This document shows, in pieces, positions 37,201 through 50,695 of a stretch of 64,000 nt of DNA (positions are counted from its first letter, which is position 1; every line of letters begins with the position of its first letter). Made by a program: the position numbers and the translations under genes. Under the pieces are notes generated by a model that had not been told where the DNA came from, made no database searches, and was given only the letters and a program-made list of their open reading frames with translations. The DNA comes from Mustelus asterias. Lineage: Eukaryota. Where the stretch lies: assembly GCF_964213995.1 (NCBI RefSeq), contig NC_135813.1, positions 61,008,001-61,072,000 on the forward strand, written 5' to 3'.

Positions 37201-40200
37201 ACCATGGTATCTGGCAATAAGCCTTGAACAAATTAGTTGTCTTAATGTTAACCACGAAACTACTGAATTGCTGAAAAAAAACATTCGCTTCATTAACATC
37301 ATTCCGGGCAGGAAATCTGCCATCTTTACTGAGTACATACGTGACTCCACGTTTTCCGTCGCGAAATAGATACAGAAGTCTGAGGACACGTACCAACCAA
37401 CTTCAGAACAGCTTCTTCACTGCTGCCCTCAGACTTTTGAATGGACCTGCCTCGCATTAAGTTGATGTTGCTCTGCACCCTAGCTATGACTGCAACACTA
37501 CATTCTGCACTCTCTCCTTTCCTTCTCTGTGAACGGTACGCTTTGTCGGTATAGCATGTAAGAAACAACACTTGTCACTGTATACGAATATACAAGACAA
37601 TAATAAATCAAATCAAATAAAATCAAATCAAAAACATTTGTGCTATTAGGGAAACATTTGCACAATACATGGCCAGCCATGTTGGTAACACGCTGTTAGC
37701 AGTGGTGTTGATGATGAACCTCCTGATCAGATTGCTTTACCTGTTACAGAAAGAGCCCGTTCACCTGAGATGATTCTAAAAATAACAGCAAAGGCCAAAG
37801 CGGCAGTGGCGCAAGGTTTGTTTTCAATTATGGAGGTAGTTACAGATGAAAATTAGAGGCCAGGAGTGAATGAGTTTGGGGGAGGGAGAGGCGAACATCA
37901 GAGCGCATGTACAACCTAGCAGAAAGCAAGAACACAATTGGTGCCATGCTGAAAACATACTATTATTTATATAAATTGGAACGAGTTGAGGCCACAGCAC
38001 TGATCATTGTGGCACACCACCCCTTATACCTTGCCAATCACAAAATTGTCCCTTTTGCCCACCCTCTGTCTCCTGTTCGCTCGCAGATTTTCTGTCCATG
38101 ACCCCACACGATAAACTCTCCTTTTCCGCAATACCCTTTGCTTTGACATCTTATTAAATGCTTATTGAAAATCACAGTACATCCACCTGCTCATCTTTAT
38201 CCACAGCACGCTACTTCTTCAAATCACTCCAGTAAATTGGCTGAACATGAATTCCCTTTCACAAAACTGTGTTGGCTCTATCTGATGACCGTGATTTTAC
38301 TTCTGTGCCCTGCTATCAAATTTTTAATAACCGCTGCTACCATTTTCCTTATATGTCATACGGTGAGCTAACTGGTGTTGTTCAGCTGACATGTGTTGTT
38401 CCCTGCTATAGGTCTCTTTTTCCTATTGCATTAAAGTGCGACATTCGCTGTTTTCCAATCTAATGCACACTTCCCAGAAACTGGGGAATTTTGGAAAATT
38501 GAAACCAACCCATCAATTGTCCCTTTAGAGACCTTCGGGTGAAATCCATCAGGACCTGAGGACTCATCAGCCCACATCTTCAACAACTTCTTAATGTCAT
38601 TTCCCTGACGATTCTAATTTTCTTGAGTCCTTCTCTTCCATTTCCTGCTCTACAGCTATTTCTGTGATAGAACTTGTATCCGCGACAGTGAAGACTGAAA
38701 GCAAAATGCCTGTTCTAGTCATCTGCAATCTTTTTGTTTGCGATAAATTCGCCAGACTCAATTTCTATAGAACTGTCGCCCACTATATGAACGGTTTTCT
38801 TTTTTTTATCGTTTACCTTCATAATGTTAAGTTGATTTATTAGTGTCACGAGCAGGCGTACATGAACATTGCAATAATTGACTATGAAATCCCCCAATCG
38901 CCACACTCCGGCACCTGTTCGGGTACACTGAGGGAGAATTAGCAATGCTAAGCACGTGCCACAGTGCCAAAGGCAAGAAATAACTGACAAAACCCCAGAG
39001 TATTCGGGAAATAAATGAACTGGTTTGGAAGCATCTATGGAGACAGAAACAGAGGGAAAATTGCGCCTCCAAATGTGCCAGATGTAAATACATAAAATTC
39101 ATGTGATGAGTTTTGTTGATCTGAAATTCACTTAAAGAGTACAGGAAACCGATCCAATTAAAACTTCAAGATGAAAATTGGATAGATTCATGAAACCGAT
39201 GTCTGCATGAAATGCCCATCGTGCACTGGAGTGCGATTACTTGGATAGCTCTTTCAAAGAGTACAGTGTGTCAATGGCATTTTTGTGTTGTACTCTTCAG
39301 TGAAATGGTTGGGAACTGAGCTCAATATAAGGGTACTAAGTCATTTTTCAGTTGTGTTTCCCTTTGGAGGGAACCAGATGTTTATCCATTCTATGTACAC
39401 GTATTTTTCGTTAGCTGGTGACATAAAGTTGCATAGCCAGTTGTAATGATCAGGAATGCAAGAACTTAAATGATGACGGAGCAGATTCCGAAGTCTCTTG
39501 TAAAAGTCAATAGAACTTCCATGTGAAACGAATAACAATTGAAAGATTATGGCGAGAGAATGTCTTGGATTAACTGGCCATCGTCACTTCTCTTTGCTTC
39601 TATTCTAAACAATGGTCCACTGATCCTGAGTCTAAGCCCCCATGTTCTGGATTTCACAGCCAGGGCAAACATCCGGCTGTACTCTTCAGTTGCAAGGACA
39701 GGGTCTTCGGATAGTCAGTTTGCCTGCGCCGCCAACTCACCTCCCCGCTCATGCTGTCCGCTTTGCAGCCATTGGACATGTGGTGGAGACAGAAATCGGG
39801 CAAATGCAAGACATGCACATCCTTCTGCGGAGGAGTTACCACCTGAGAGGACTGACGGCCAACCGTTTGTGCAGCAACTCTGTAGGTTCGAGTACTGGCG
39901 ACAGTTCGGATTACAACCGGTCTCCAATGACGATATCTAATGTCGGCCAAATGAGGAAGATCCTTGGAGCTTTGGTGGGGCCGAGGGAAGTGAGGGGAGG
40001 GGGGTGTTCCCCTTGCCAACACCAACACTCAGCTCCGGCTGTTAGATTAGTGTCTTGACATAGTCCGGTCCCAGCCAGGGGAATAATTGTAGTGCGGACA
40101 GGATGAAGCCCCTGAGTGACTCTTAATAGGTCACTTAAGGGCCTCAATAGGCTCAAAGGTGCGCGTGCCACAGAACGAATTTGTTCTTCCCAATAGTTGG

Positions 40201-40545
40201 AGGAGATTTCCAATCATCACTGTAGAACAGTTCAGTGAGGCGATGTGAGATAGAGCTTCGTGCTTTTCGAGTGCATAAAGAGCCTGATGTGCTTTCAGAT
40301 GATGCCTACAAGGGGGAGCATGCGGATGGGAAAAAGAATGGGGGCCAGGGACATATTGTTGAGTTGCTAGCATGGGAGCAGGAAGAGAAGCCATTGCAGA
40401 CAAATCTGTGGATATTATTTGATAAATAATGATGGAGCCAGATCACGAGAATAGGCCCAAGCAACTGACAAACGGTGGAGATTTTTTGGATCGTGTGTTG
40501 AATCGTGTCAAAGACCGACGCCAGTCCGAAAACAATGAGCCGTCG

Positions 40546-40870
40546 GGCGGCACGGTGGCACAGTGGTTAGCGCTGCTCCCTGACAGCGCCAGGGACCCGG
40601 TTTCACTTTGCAGCTTGAGCCACTGTCTGAGCGGAGTCTGCACGTTCTCCCCGTGTCTGCGTGGGCTTTCTCCGCGTGTTTCGGTTTTCACTCGAAGTCC
40701 GAAAGTCGTAATGATTAGGTGCATTGGTCATGCTAAATTTTCTCTCAGTGTACCCGTACAGGCGCCGGAGTGTGGCGACTAGAAGATTTTCACAGTAACT
40801 TCATTGCAGTATTTGCAGTTTGGATTACATCCGGTAATTGTAAGCCTGCTTGTGACTAAAAATAAATAAA
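40546..40870 (+). mobile_element. tRNA-derived shark SINE (copy in unit 3)
   Basis: Paralog of 1921-2240. Confidence 0.85.
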
Positions 40871-43800
40871 TTGTAAAAAACTTTAAAACTTTAAAAAACA
40901 GGAATAGTTTGCTATCGTTATAATTGAATAGAATGTAACTTCGATAAGGGTCGTATCAGTATTGTGGCAGAAGCAGAAACGCGATTCTGGGAATTCAATG
41001 CTGGAGTTGTTGGAACGATTGTATAGATTTGGGGTTGGCAATTTCTTCAAGTGGTTTAGAGAGGAAATGTTAACTGAAGATCGGCAGTAGTTCACAAGGA
41101 CAGAGGAACAAGGCTGTTTGCAAAGAGAAGTTTGATGGTAATCGGTGTGAAAATATAACAGTACCTGAGGAGAGATAGCAACTAATGATATCAACGAAAG
41201 TGGAGACAAGAAAAGAAAGTTGGATGGTCAGTAATTTAGCGGAAACATGGTCAACATGGGCCTAATGGAAAAACTGAGTTGCGAAAGCGAATGAGGGGAT
41301 ATATGGGGAAAAAAATCCGATTCAACTATGATGCATGCGAAGTAGTGCTTCCTCATTTCACTCCTAAATAGCTTCGCTCTAATGAAAGAGTGTGCCCTAT
41401 TTTGCTGGATTGTGTTATTAGTGGAAATGATTTCTCTGGACCTATCCTTTCACACCCGCTGACCATTTTAAATACGTCGAATACGTATAGAGTGCAGGGG
41501 AGGACAGACAGTGAGTTGCCTTGAGTGATTTAGCACAAAAATCTTGCTATTCCAATCTATATACTCATTAAGGGTTTTAACTCTCTTCACTATAAGCACT
41601 TGGTTTAGCAAAGCCACACAAATTGTTGCTTCAGCGATAGCCTCATATCAATCAAGAAACAAGACTTCCTGAAACATTTTCAACCACTTTTGTGCAAAAT
41701 ACCAGTGTTGGAAAGTCATGCCTTCTCAAATAGAAAGTGCCTCTGGCTGTCTGTATATAAGGCAGTTCCAAGTAAGGATAAAGTTCAACATTTCTTGCTG
41801 AGCCAGTGTTCCCGCACGTTATATTGGTGTTCAGTATGCTTCCATGATGCAGCATGGTCCAAATTGTCAAAACATGCTCTTGACTGCATCTATTCTTAGG
41901 TGCACTATTTTAAGATACTGCTTCTGCAATCCTTGCTGATATAAAAGTGTTTATCTTTTTATTACTGGATTGTAACTCTGGAAATATCTGAGTCTCTTTT
42001 AGTGTCTGAGGTGAGGCACTCTCACAGGAGATTCCCCTGGATGCTGTCTGGGCTGTGGTTATTTTTCGTAGAACAGAGTAAGCTGAGGTGTAACTCATCA
42101 AGGTGCAAATAATTATGAACGATACAGATAGGAAGAAACCTTTCACCTCAGTCGAGGGGTCAATAATCGGGGGGCATAGATTTAAGGTCAGGAGCAGGAG
42201 ATTTAGAGGAGGTTTGAAGAAATTCTTCTTCAGCCAGAGGGTGCTGGGAATCTGGAACTCAATGTCTGCAAGAGTGGCGGAGGAAGGAACCCTCACGACA
42301 CTTAAGAAACATTTTGATGAGCAATTGAAAAGTCATTGCATACACCGATACGGGCCGAGTGCTGGTAATTGAATTAGAATAGATAAGTTTTTTGGTGGTC
42401 GGCACAGACGCGAAGGGCCTCATTCTGAGCTGGATTCCCACCTCCAGCTTTAAAGGGTAATACATAGTACGTTTCAGCAATCGGTCTTAAAAATCAGCAA
42501 TTACTTCACCCTGACGAATCAGTCCTGTACCCATTCATCATACCAATATATCCGCGGCAATTGTACCGCCCCGCCCACCACGGAATCAGAGCGGACGAGG
42601 GCGGACAACGGAAATGTCCCTTGACCTCTGGCGGGAATTTCGGGTCTCGATCGAGCGAGGACGTACAAATCCCGTAGCTCAGTGTGAAAACCTAAGTCCA
42701 GCGCTCCAGATGTGATCTGATCAAGGCTGTAGACAACAGAAAGCATTACTTCCCCACTTTTTAGTTTCAATGCCCTTGTGATGAAGGCAGGCATTCGGTT
42801 TGATTTCTAATTTACCTTGTGTTCATGAAGTTTTTAATGACTTATGTCCAGGAACACCTAAATCCCTTTGTTCATTCAAAGCATCTCGCCGCGTAGCTTT
42901 AGGTAAATATTTCGAGCTACTCGCTATCATGTTTTGGTCACAGAATCACAGAATTCACTGGTCCATTCACTTAGTTTATCTATGAAGAGTCAGCCAACTT
43001 GCGATACCTCCTTATCTTAAGCTGATCTACCGATGTGTTTATGAAACTCTCTAACCCTCAATTTGAACGGCAAAATGATCTCGTTCCAGAAATGATCCTC
43101 AGGAAACTGCATTTGTCACATCCAGCCAATGAAGGAACAAATCCTTGATTGGCACTTTCTCTCTCCTACCCATAAACAATTCCCTACCTATATGTTCAAA
43201 TAAATTATTTATTCCTTCTGCCACTGGGTCTATTTTATGTTTCCCTGTTTCGGACTCACTCACGGTGGAAAATCTTTCTCTGTGTTCCCGTATCACACCT
43301 TTTCCGAACATTAAAGCCGCCTATTACTCCTCCGCATCCTCTCCTCAGAGGAAAGAGCCCAACATATTCATTTTCCTGATAGGTACATTGTCCCAATCGC
43401 AGTAAATATCTGGCAAATAATTTTTGCACATTCTCGTGCCCTACAAGATCATTTTTGAGGTATGTAGACCATAGATGAGGAAAACTCTATAAAACGCTAA
43501 TAAATCCCCGGGTGTTTTGTTTTGTTCTTCTGGAAGTGCACCAGCACCTTGTTTGCACTTTTTATCAACTGCACAACTTCTTGCTACATATAGCAATTTA
43601 TGTCTTGCAAGCCCAAATCTAACTGAAGAAATAAAACAATAACGTATCAAAGGGATGTCCTGTCGACTTTGTGATTCGTGTGAAGATGAAGTTTAAAAAA
43701 ACAGACTATGTTCGGAGCTGGTTTGAGTCAATGCCTCACTGAAAATGCATCTGGGGAAGTTGACATGTTAGTAAAGCGCCTGCTTCAGTATGATCATTAT

Positions 43801-44434
43801 TGGCCAATTAAAGCAATCGGATAGTTTATTTAAAAAATGATTTGCAGTCCCAGATCCTGCATTGTATCGGGTGTATTAAAAAATGAGGCAGTGACAGAGT
43901 TTGCCCTGAATATTGGTAATCAGGTGGTGTAGAAATGTCTGCCCGTTTAATGTATTTTTGTAAATCTCGAGACGCAGTTCAGCCCTTTCAGTATAATGGC
44001 AGAATGTAACGAGGTCCATTAAAAAAAAAAGTTGCAATATTACTTCATGGTGCTAATTTAATGTCACCGATCGTCTCCTTGTTGCGCCTGGATATCATTG
44101 GCTTTAAATAAAATGTGCAGAATATCACAATGATAGAATCTCACTATTTAATTCCCCTTGGAATGCTGCCATTAATTGTTTTTAAGGGAAAGAGAGAGAA
44201 TAACAGAACGTCGGTCGAGATAACGCTATAATGATTTTATTACACAGCTGTATCAATGACATTACAGTGAAGCTTTGATCCATTCAGGGTGAACACAGTT
44301 AATTTGAAACTAAGGGAGTCAGCCGATCTGCTACAAACTGTGATGAAATGTTTGAAATGTTCCACTATTGCGGAATTTATTTTGAAATGACACTTTACCA
44401 ACGGCAGAATACAAGAATGCATTAGATGCGTGAA

Positions 44435-44757
44435 TCAGATACAGTTGGATCTGGAGATGCTTGTTTGAAGTGGGTTTGCTTGAGTCTCGTGTTTAACCAC
44501 ACAGGCGTAAAGCTCGTGTGAGTTCCACTCTGAGGCTAACAGAGTCAGATAACTGCTCACACTGAACGTGTTGTCCGCCTCTTGCTGGATCCGACTGGTC
44601 TCAACCCCATTCCTTCTGACGCTGCCATCTACAGTCCATTCAATCTCCGCAGCTCCTGGGTTAAAACCGCTCACCAAACACACCAGGGTCGCCATGTTCT
44701 TCGCTGTGATTTGATCCGCTGAAGGCGGAAGGAGAGACACAATGGGGCTCCGTGGAT
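44435..44757 (-). CDS. IGLC: Ig light-chain constant exon, gene 3
   Basis: Intact copy (IVSLLPPS...QANPLQTSISRSNCI*); acceptor AG at 44758-44759. Confidence 0.97.
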
Positions 44758-47700
44758 CTGGAAAGTAGAGACAAATGATTGCACATCCATTAAGAATCGG
44801 CATAAATCACTGAATCGTTGTTTCACCTTCAAATTGTTTTTTAAAATCGGTATTATTCTACAAGAATGTATATATTTTACATTGCGGAGTCTTATTGTTG
44901 CCAAATGCAAGAAGGCCATGACTCTCGTTTCTGGAACACATACAACCTGAGAAGGTTTTCCTTTTTTCCCTGCATGGACAGGAACATGCAAACAAAATCT
45001 GATCTAAAGGAAATAGTGGAGTTTGAAATATTAAAGAGAAAAATAAGACGGGAGGTTTATTGCATCCAGATGTGATCTGAGGCAACGCTGTCCGAACCAG
45101 CGTCACGACCAAAGAGAATTTCAGAACAACGCCAATCACTCAGAATTTGGGGTCAATATCGGAACTTCTGCTGACCGCAACATTTCTATATTTTGCAACT
45201 CAAAAATCTCGATTCTAAACAATGAAATTGATTGTTTGCTTTTGTCACCATTTACACTTCTCTGACGCAAGTCCTACATACTGAGACTGATGTTGGGATT
45301 TGTGTACATTCTTTGCCACGGCCTCACAAGGTGTCCCGCCCAGACCAACAGTGACGACGGAGCGTAAATCTTAACAAATAACTCCCTTTTGCAATGGAAA
45401 TGTTTGGAGACATTTTTGCGGGTGGAGTGTCACAAAAGATTTGTTACAGCAAAGAGGAAGAGATTCGAACAAATATTGTAAACAATTCTAGTATATTAGA
45501 ACATAACGTAACGACACCCTCAAAAGGCCAGTAATAAACCAAACATGTCCTCATAATTATTTATCTCTCACACCTTTTCGCCAAAGCAGACGGACTGTGA
45601 GATCTTACTGTGCTTAGATAGGGAGTCATGATTCTGACATTTGAAGAATGATTCTACTTCACAAGCACTTAATTGTGAGGATGTTCTGAGGCCGTGGTCG
45701 GCGCCAAATCAATGCAGGTTTGCATTTTCTTTCCTTTGTCATTAGTAGATATTCGCAAAGCTGAAAGGGCGTTGTCTCAGAATCTTGTCTCTTTAAGTCA
45801 CCATTTACCATTTAAGTTACCATCTATCACAGTCAATGGAGAAACGCTCAGTAAATAGGTTGAGGCGTTGTAAGGCATCGAAGAAAGGGTTCAAATATGA
45901 ATATCCATTTCTAACTAAAAGGATAAGTCTGACCTTTTACAGTTCGCCCTGACATTGAGGTATTATGTCGGCTACAACAACAATATGAGGGTTGTCGCTG
46001 TCGGTGTAAAAATCGAGTGTCTTTGGAGCTACAAATTCGTCTTGTTTTTTTTTGGAATGTAATTTGGATGTTGAAACTGAGTCGGCAGACAAATGCCGCC
46101 AGCCCTTATTTCAATGTTGGTATCGTCTTCCTGCGCCACCGAGAGTTTCGCTGAATAATCTCAAATGTCTGCACCGATGGGCAGGTGTGACGATCAACTT
46201 CTATTTAAACGGAAGCGTACTTAAGTGAATTATTTTTACACCGGCATTTTCTCCAGATATGATTTCTCAAAGTAACAACTAAAATATTCAAGAGCATTTT
46301 TCTCCTTTTTGCCTCATGCTGGTCCATTTCACCGTAAAATAGTCCAATAAACATATGACTTGAAGAAGAAAATAAAAAATAAAGAAAAGGAAGATTGAGA
46401 AGGGAAGAGACCCTGACCATAATTTTCCAATCGTGTCTGGAGCAGGCTTGGCTCTCAGAGACAGCAGGACAGATGAAATTGTGAAAGGGCGAAAAGGGGG
46501 TAACATAGTTTTAGACCAGTGAACCAAACCTCACTAAAGGGAGAACAATTGGAAGAAGCGCTGTTTAATCAAATGCAGCAGACACGGCTTTGCTGGCGGA
46601 ATATCTTACCTCACAGCGTGAATTGGTATTTTTGAGCAGGTAGCATGAGCGGTGAATGACGGCAATATTTTTAGTATCGTCTACATGGATTTTAGCAAGG
46701 CTCTTGTTAAGTTCACACATAGGTATGAACAGGTTGGATGCGAAATTGGTTCAGAGGCAGGAAGTAAAGGGTCCGTATATCAATGAGTGCCTCTATGATT
46801 GTTGTCAGATAATACAAATTTGACAATGTGTTTGCTAACGAAGAAAGCTGGATAATGCAGGAAGACAACAATGGACTAGTCAGATAAGTTCAACAGCGGC
46901 AAATGGAATTAAATGCGGAAAAGTATGAGGAACTGTATTTTTCAGGAAGGCCAATAAAACAAGCGAGTACACTATATAAATGGGACAATGCCGAGAAATG
47001 TAGAGAAACTGAGTGAACTGAAAATGCATTTCCGCAGATCCCGAAGGCGGCTGAGCAAGTGGATATGGTAGCAAAGAAGGCATGTGAGGCAGTTACATTT
47101 ATAAGCCGAGGTATAGATTGTTAGAACTTGATGGTTATGCTGAAACTGCTGGAAAGGTGCGTAGGAAACATGTAATTGTATGAGAGCGAGTACAGGGGAG
47201 ATCGAGAGGGATGTCGGCTGAAATGGAATATTTAGTTATAAGTGTTGAATTGGCCAGCGTTCTTTTCTTTGGAACAGACGAGGCTGGAAGGAGATCTAAT
47301 GGAAGGCATCATATTCAGAGGTGTCTGGACAGAATGGATAGGAAAACAGTATTGCCAATATTTGACGGGTCGATAAGAACGGCACTTGGATTTAGCGTTA
47401 GAAGTAGAAGGTTTAGCGGAGATTCGAAGGGAATAGTTTCACCCAGAGGGTTTTGGGGGATGTGGAACCTACTGCCGGGAAGGCTGTTAGTGGCAAATTA
47501 ATGGACACTTAAACGCACATACAATGTGTAATCGAAAGGCTCATGAATAAATGTTAGATTGTTCCTTGTGAACCAGTGCAGACACGATTGACCAAGCAGG
47601 TTGTAACAATGTTGCAAAGATATATCATTCTATGATTCTGCGAATATATTATATTGCTTTCCTCCCTCACTGACGCACAGTGTGCATATTTATGAGGTAC

Positions 47701-48230
47701 CCTGCCGCAACGCCGACAAGAGCTTCCAAACCAGCCATGTTTTCGACTGGACGAACACACGGGCAGCAGATGCACGGTAGCACCACCAGTTGGTAAATCC
47801 CCATCAATCCACACAGCATACCAAAGTAGAACTGTACCGCCTTTCCTTCACCGTCGCTTGGCCAAAAACTCTTAACCCCCTCCCTAAGAGCTCTGCGATG
47901 CATCTCTGACACATGGACGACATCGGTTTGAGAATGCGGCTCACTATCACTTTATCCATGGATATCAGGCGGGGAACAATGAATGTTAGCTTTCTGGTCA
48001 CATCCCATGAATCAATGAAACTGGCAGTAATCCCCATGTTTTGTTGTATTACTACTCACTGACAATCACAGAACCAGCAGCAGAGCTGAACGAGTCCACA
48101 ACAATACTCAAAAACCTGACAACCTATTCCGAGACATTCCAAAGCAACTGATTGGATAGGAAGAAAATGAACCGTAATTTCCGAGGGAAGCAAACATTCT
48201 GCGCATCGATTATGTTTGTTACAACGTTAT

Positions 48231-48539
48231 GATGTGGAGATGCCGGCGTTGGACTGGGGTAAACACAGTAAGAAGTTTAACAACACCAGGTTAAAGATTT
48301 AACCTGGTGTTGTTAAACTTCTTACTGTGTTTACCCCAGTCCAACGCCGGCATCTCCACATCATGACTCCCATCGACACCGCAAACTGCCGGCTCCAAGT
48401 GGAGAGGATCGCCAAGAAGATCGCGCATATCGACACAGACATCAAGTGAAGGGGCTTAGAGCTCCGAAAGCTTGTGTGGCTTTTGCTACCAAATAAACCT
48501 GTTGGACTTTAACCTGGTGTTGTTAAACTTCTTACTGTG
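48231..48539 (+). mobile_element. Penelope-like palindromic insertion in the J-C intron of gene 3
   Basis: Same insertion, junctions and TSD as 28741-29049. Confidence 0.8.
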
Positions 48540-49433
48540 TTACTACGTTATCCAGTAACACTCAGGATCGATTAGTACTGGCGGAATTCTCGCAACAATA
48601 TGGTTATTTTGGTCACCTGTGATTAATGCGAAATGTTAGGCTGAGAATCTTGTACCGAACTGTTTTCGGTGAGTTTGGGGACCAGTGGGAATGGGTCCCA
48701 CCCAGGTACCACACTATCCTTCCGCAGGCTGAATGCAAGTAAGGTCTTAAAACACAATGTTGCTTCAAGTGGAACAAAGCAGCCTGATGTGAACGTTTTG
48801 AATGTAATTCCAGCGTTTTAAACCAGACTACAAGGGCAGCATGTGAAACAGCCTGAACCACTATATTGCTTTCATACAATCATGGAATTATAGAGCACAC
48901 AACGGGGCCCATCGTAGCTTGTAAAAAACCTGCCCACTCAGATCATTTTCTTGCCTGTTTTCTTCACTTTTGAAATGTTTATCGTCTTGCGAATTATAGT
49001 TCCGCTCGCGGTGTTCATATAGCGAGGGTACTCCACTCCTAACACTGGCTGAGCGAATAAAAACATCCCATCCTTCCAGCGATTGCATTCAAATAATGTC
49101 CTCGCACTGCCGACTGGATCAGATGGCTCAAACGTCTGGAGAGCCGCAGCAGATCAGACCGTAAGCTTCCAGTGAAATGAATTTCACTCGAAATTAAATT
49201 GCCCCTTTACCCGATCCCATAATTGGACACAATCTAGAAAATCACCAAAGTTCTGAGCCCAGCTATCACTGCAATGTCTTTGGCTGCTGACTCAAGGATC
49301 CCCCATAAAAATATTTTCGCAGCAACCATTTTGATTTGCACTCATTCAATCCACCTATCCGACCGTTTCGAAGTACATTTTGTTATTTAGATAGCGTCAC
49401 AAATGTTAGAGGACATTTAAGTGATTTACTTAC

Positions 49434-49781
49434 TGTTCAGATTCAACTTCGTTCCTCTCCCGAAAATGAATCTATCTGGACTGCTGAGCTCAGTGCCACA
49501 GTAATAATCTGCAGCGTCCTCCGATTGCACGTTGGTGATGGTTAAATGCATCTTGTTACTCGATGAGTCCACAGACCCGGTGAATCGATCTGGAATACCC
49601 GAAGCTGGATCAGCGCTCTCATCCCAAACAAGCACAGGGGCGCTGCCGGGTTTCTGCCAGTACCAGCTCGTGTAGTAGCTGCTAATGCTGCCTCCGGACA
49701 TGGTGCAAGTGATGCTGACGGTCTCTCCCGTTGAGGCCGAAATGGATCCTGGTTGGGTAAGGACAGGATCCGCAATTGTAC
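49434..49781 (-). CDS. IGLV: Germline-joined V-J exon, gene 3
   Basis: As gene 2 except CDR2 DESADPASG and one silent FR1 change; splice sites intact. Confidence 0.97.
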
Positions 49782-49921
49782 CTGGTGAAATGCAAAGTAT
49801 TGTCAGTCACACACTGTGAAATGTTGAATATAGCTTACAATTCAGGTTCGTTAAATCACAAGCGCAAAAGCAGATAATGTGAAAAAAATGAGCGTTACTT
49901 CAGGTTGACGCCCGTACTTAC

Positions 49922-49970
49922 TGTGGAAACAGAGTATCAGTGCGGCGAGAACTCCAATCGATTGTGCCAT
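49922..49970 (-). CDS. IGLV: Leader exon, gene 3
   Basis: MAQSIGVLAALILCFH(S); GTAAGT donor. Confidence 0.95.
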
Positions 49971-50044
49971 GGTGAAGGTTTGGGGAGAGGAAGAAGGAAA
50001 ATAAATCCTGACACGAATGTGCTTCTGAGTCCATTCCAAACTCT

Positions 50045-50112
50045 CCTTAAAAAGATTCAGACACCGCAGGGCGAATGAATATTAATTACGTATGCAAATT
50101 GCCTGTCACGTG
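50045..50112 (-). promoter_or_regulatory. Octamer promoter of gene 3 (ATTTGCAT at 50092-50099, E-box CACGTG)
   Basis: Same motifs as genes 1 and 2. Confidence 0.85.
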
Positions 50113-50467
50113 GTATTAGGCCAAAGATCTCCATTTCGGTATTGTCTGATATTTGGAGAATGCGCACGTCAGCCATTTTGGAACAGAAGAAAAATAAATC
50201 TCCCAAGCCACAGAATAGCATGCAAAATGGCTCAATAACCTCCCCCCCAAAAAATAAACGGTGCGGTGAAACACAAAGAGATTAAATGGATCGTGTCTTG
50301 ATCTCTGGAAGCCTGCCGATTACAATCAATAAATATTGCGGACAGAAAGCTGTTTAATAGGTGCATCGTTTTTGGTGAATAAATTAGAGACGAAACGTGC
50401 GAGTTGAGCTTTCATGTGCACACAGAGAGGTGTAAGGGAATTGACCACCGTCCGTATTGGCTTCTCG

Positions 50468-50695
50468 GGATAGATAGATGGANNNNNNNNNNNNNNNNNN
50501 NNNNNNNNNNNNNNNNNNNNNNNNNNNNNNNNNNNNNNNNNNNNNNNNNNNNNNNNNNNNNNNNNNNNNNNNNNNNNNNNNNNNNNNNNNNNNNNNNNNN
50601 NNNNNNNNNNNNNNNNNNNNNNNNNNNNNNNNNNNNNNNNNNNNNNNNNNNNNNNNNNNNNNNNNNNNNNNNNNNNNNNNNNNNNNNNNNNNNNN
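50468..50695. repeat. (GATA/GATG)n microsatellite, mostly N-masked, unit 3
   Basis: Visible GGATAGATAGATGGA leading into the N run at 50483-50695. Confidence 0.75.

Larger units (their letters stand above)
20499..39986. repeat. Tandem segmental unit 2 (19,488 bp) containing Ig light-chain gene 2
   Basis: Colinear near-identical copy of unit 1 plus a 321-bp insertion/TSD in the J-C intron. Confidence 0.97.
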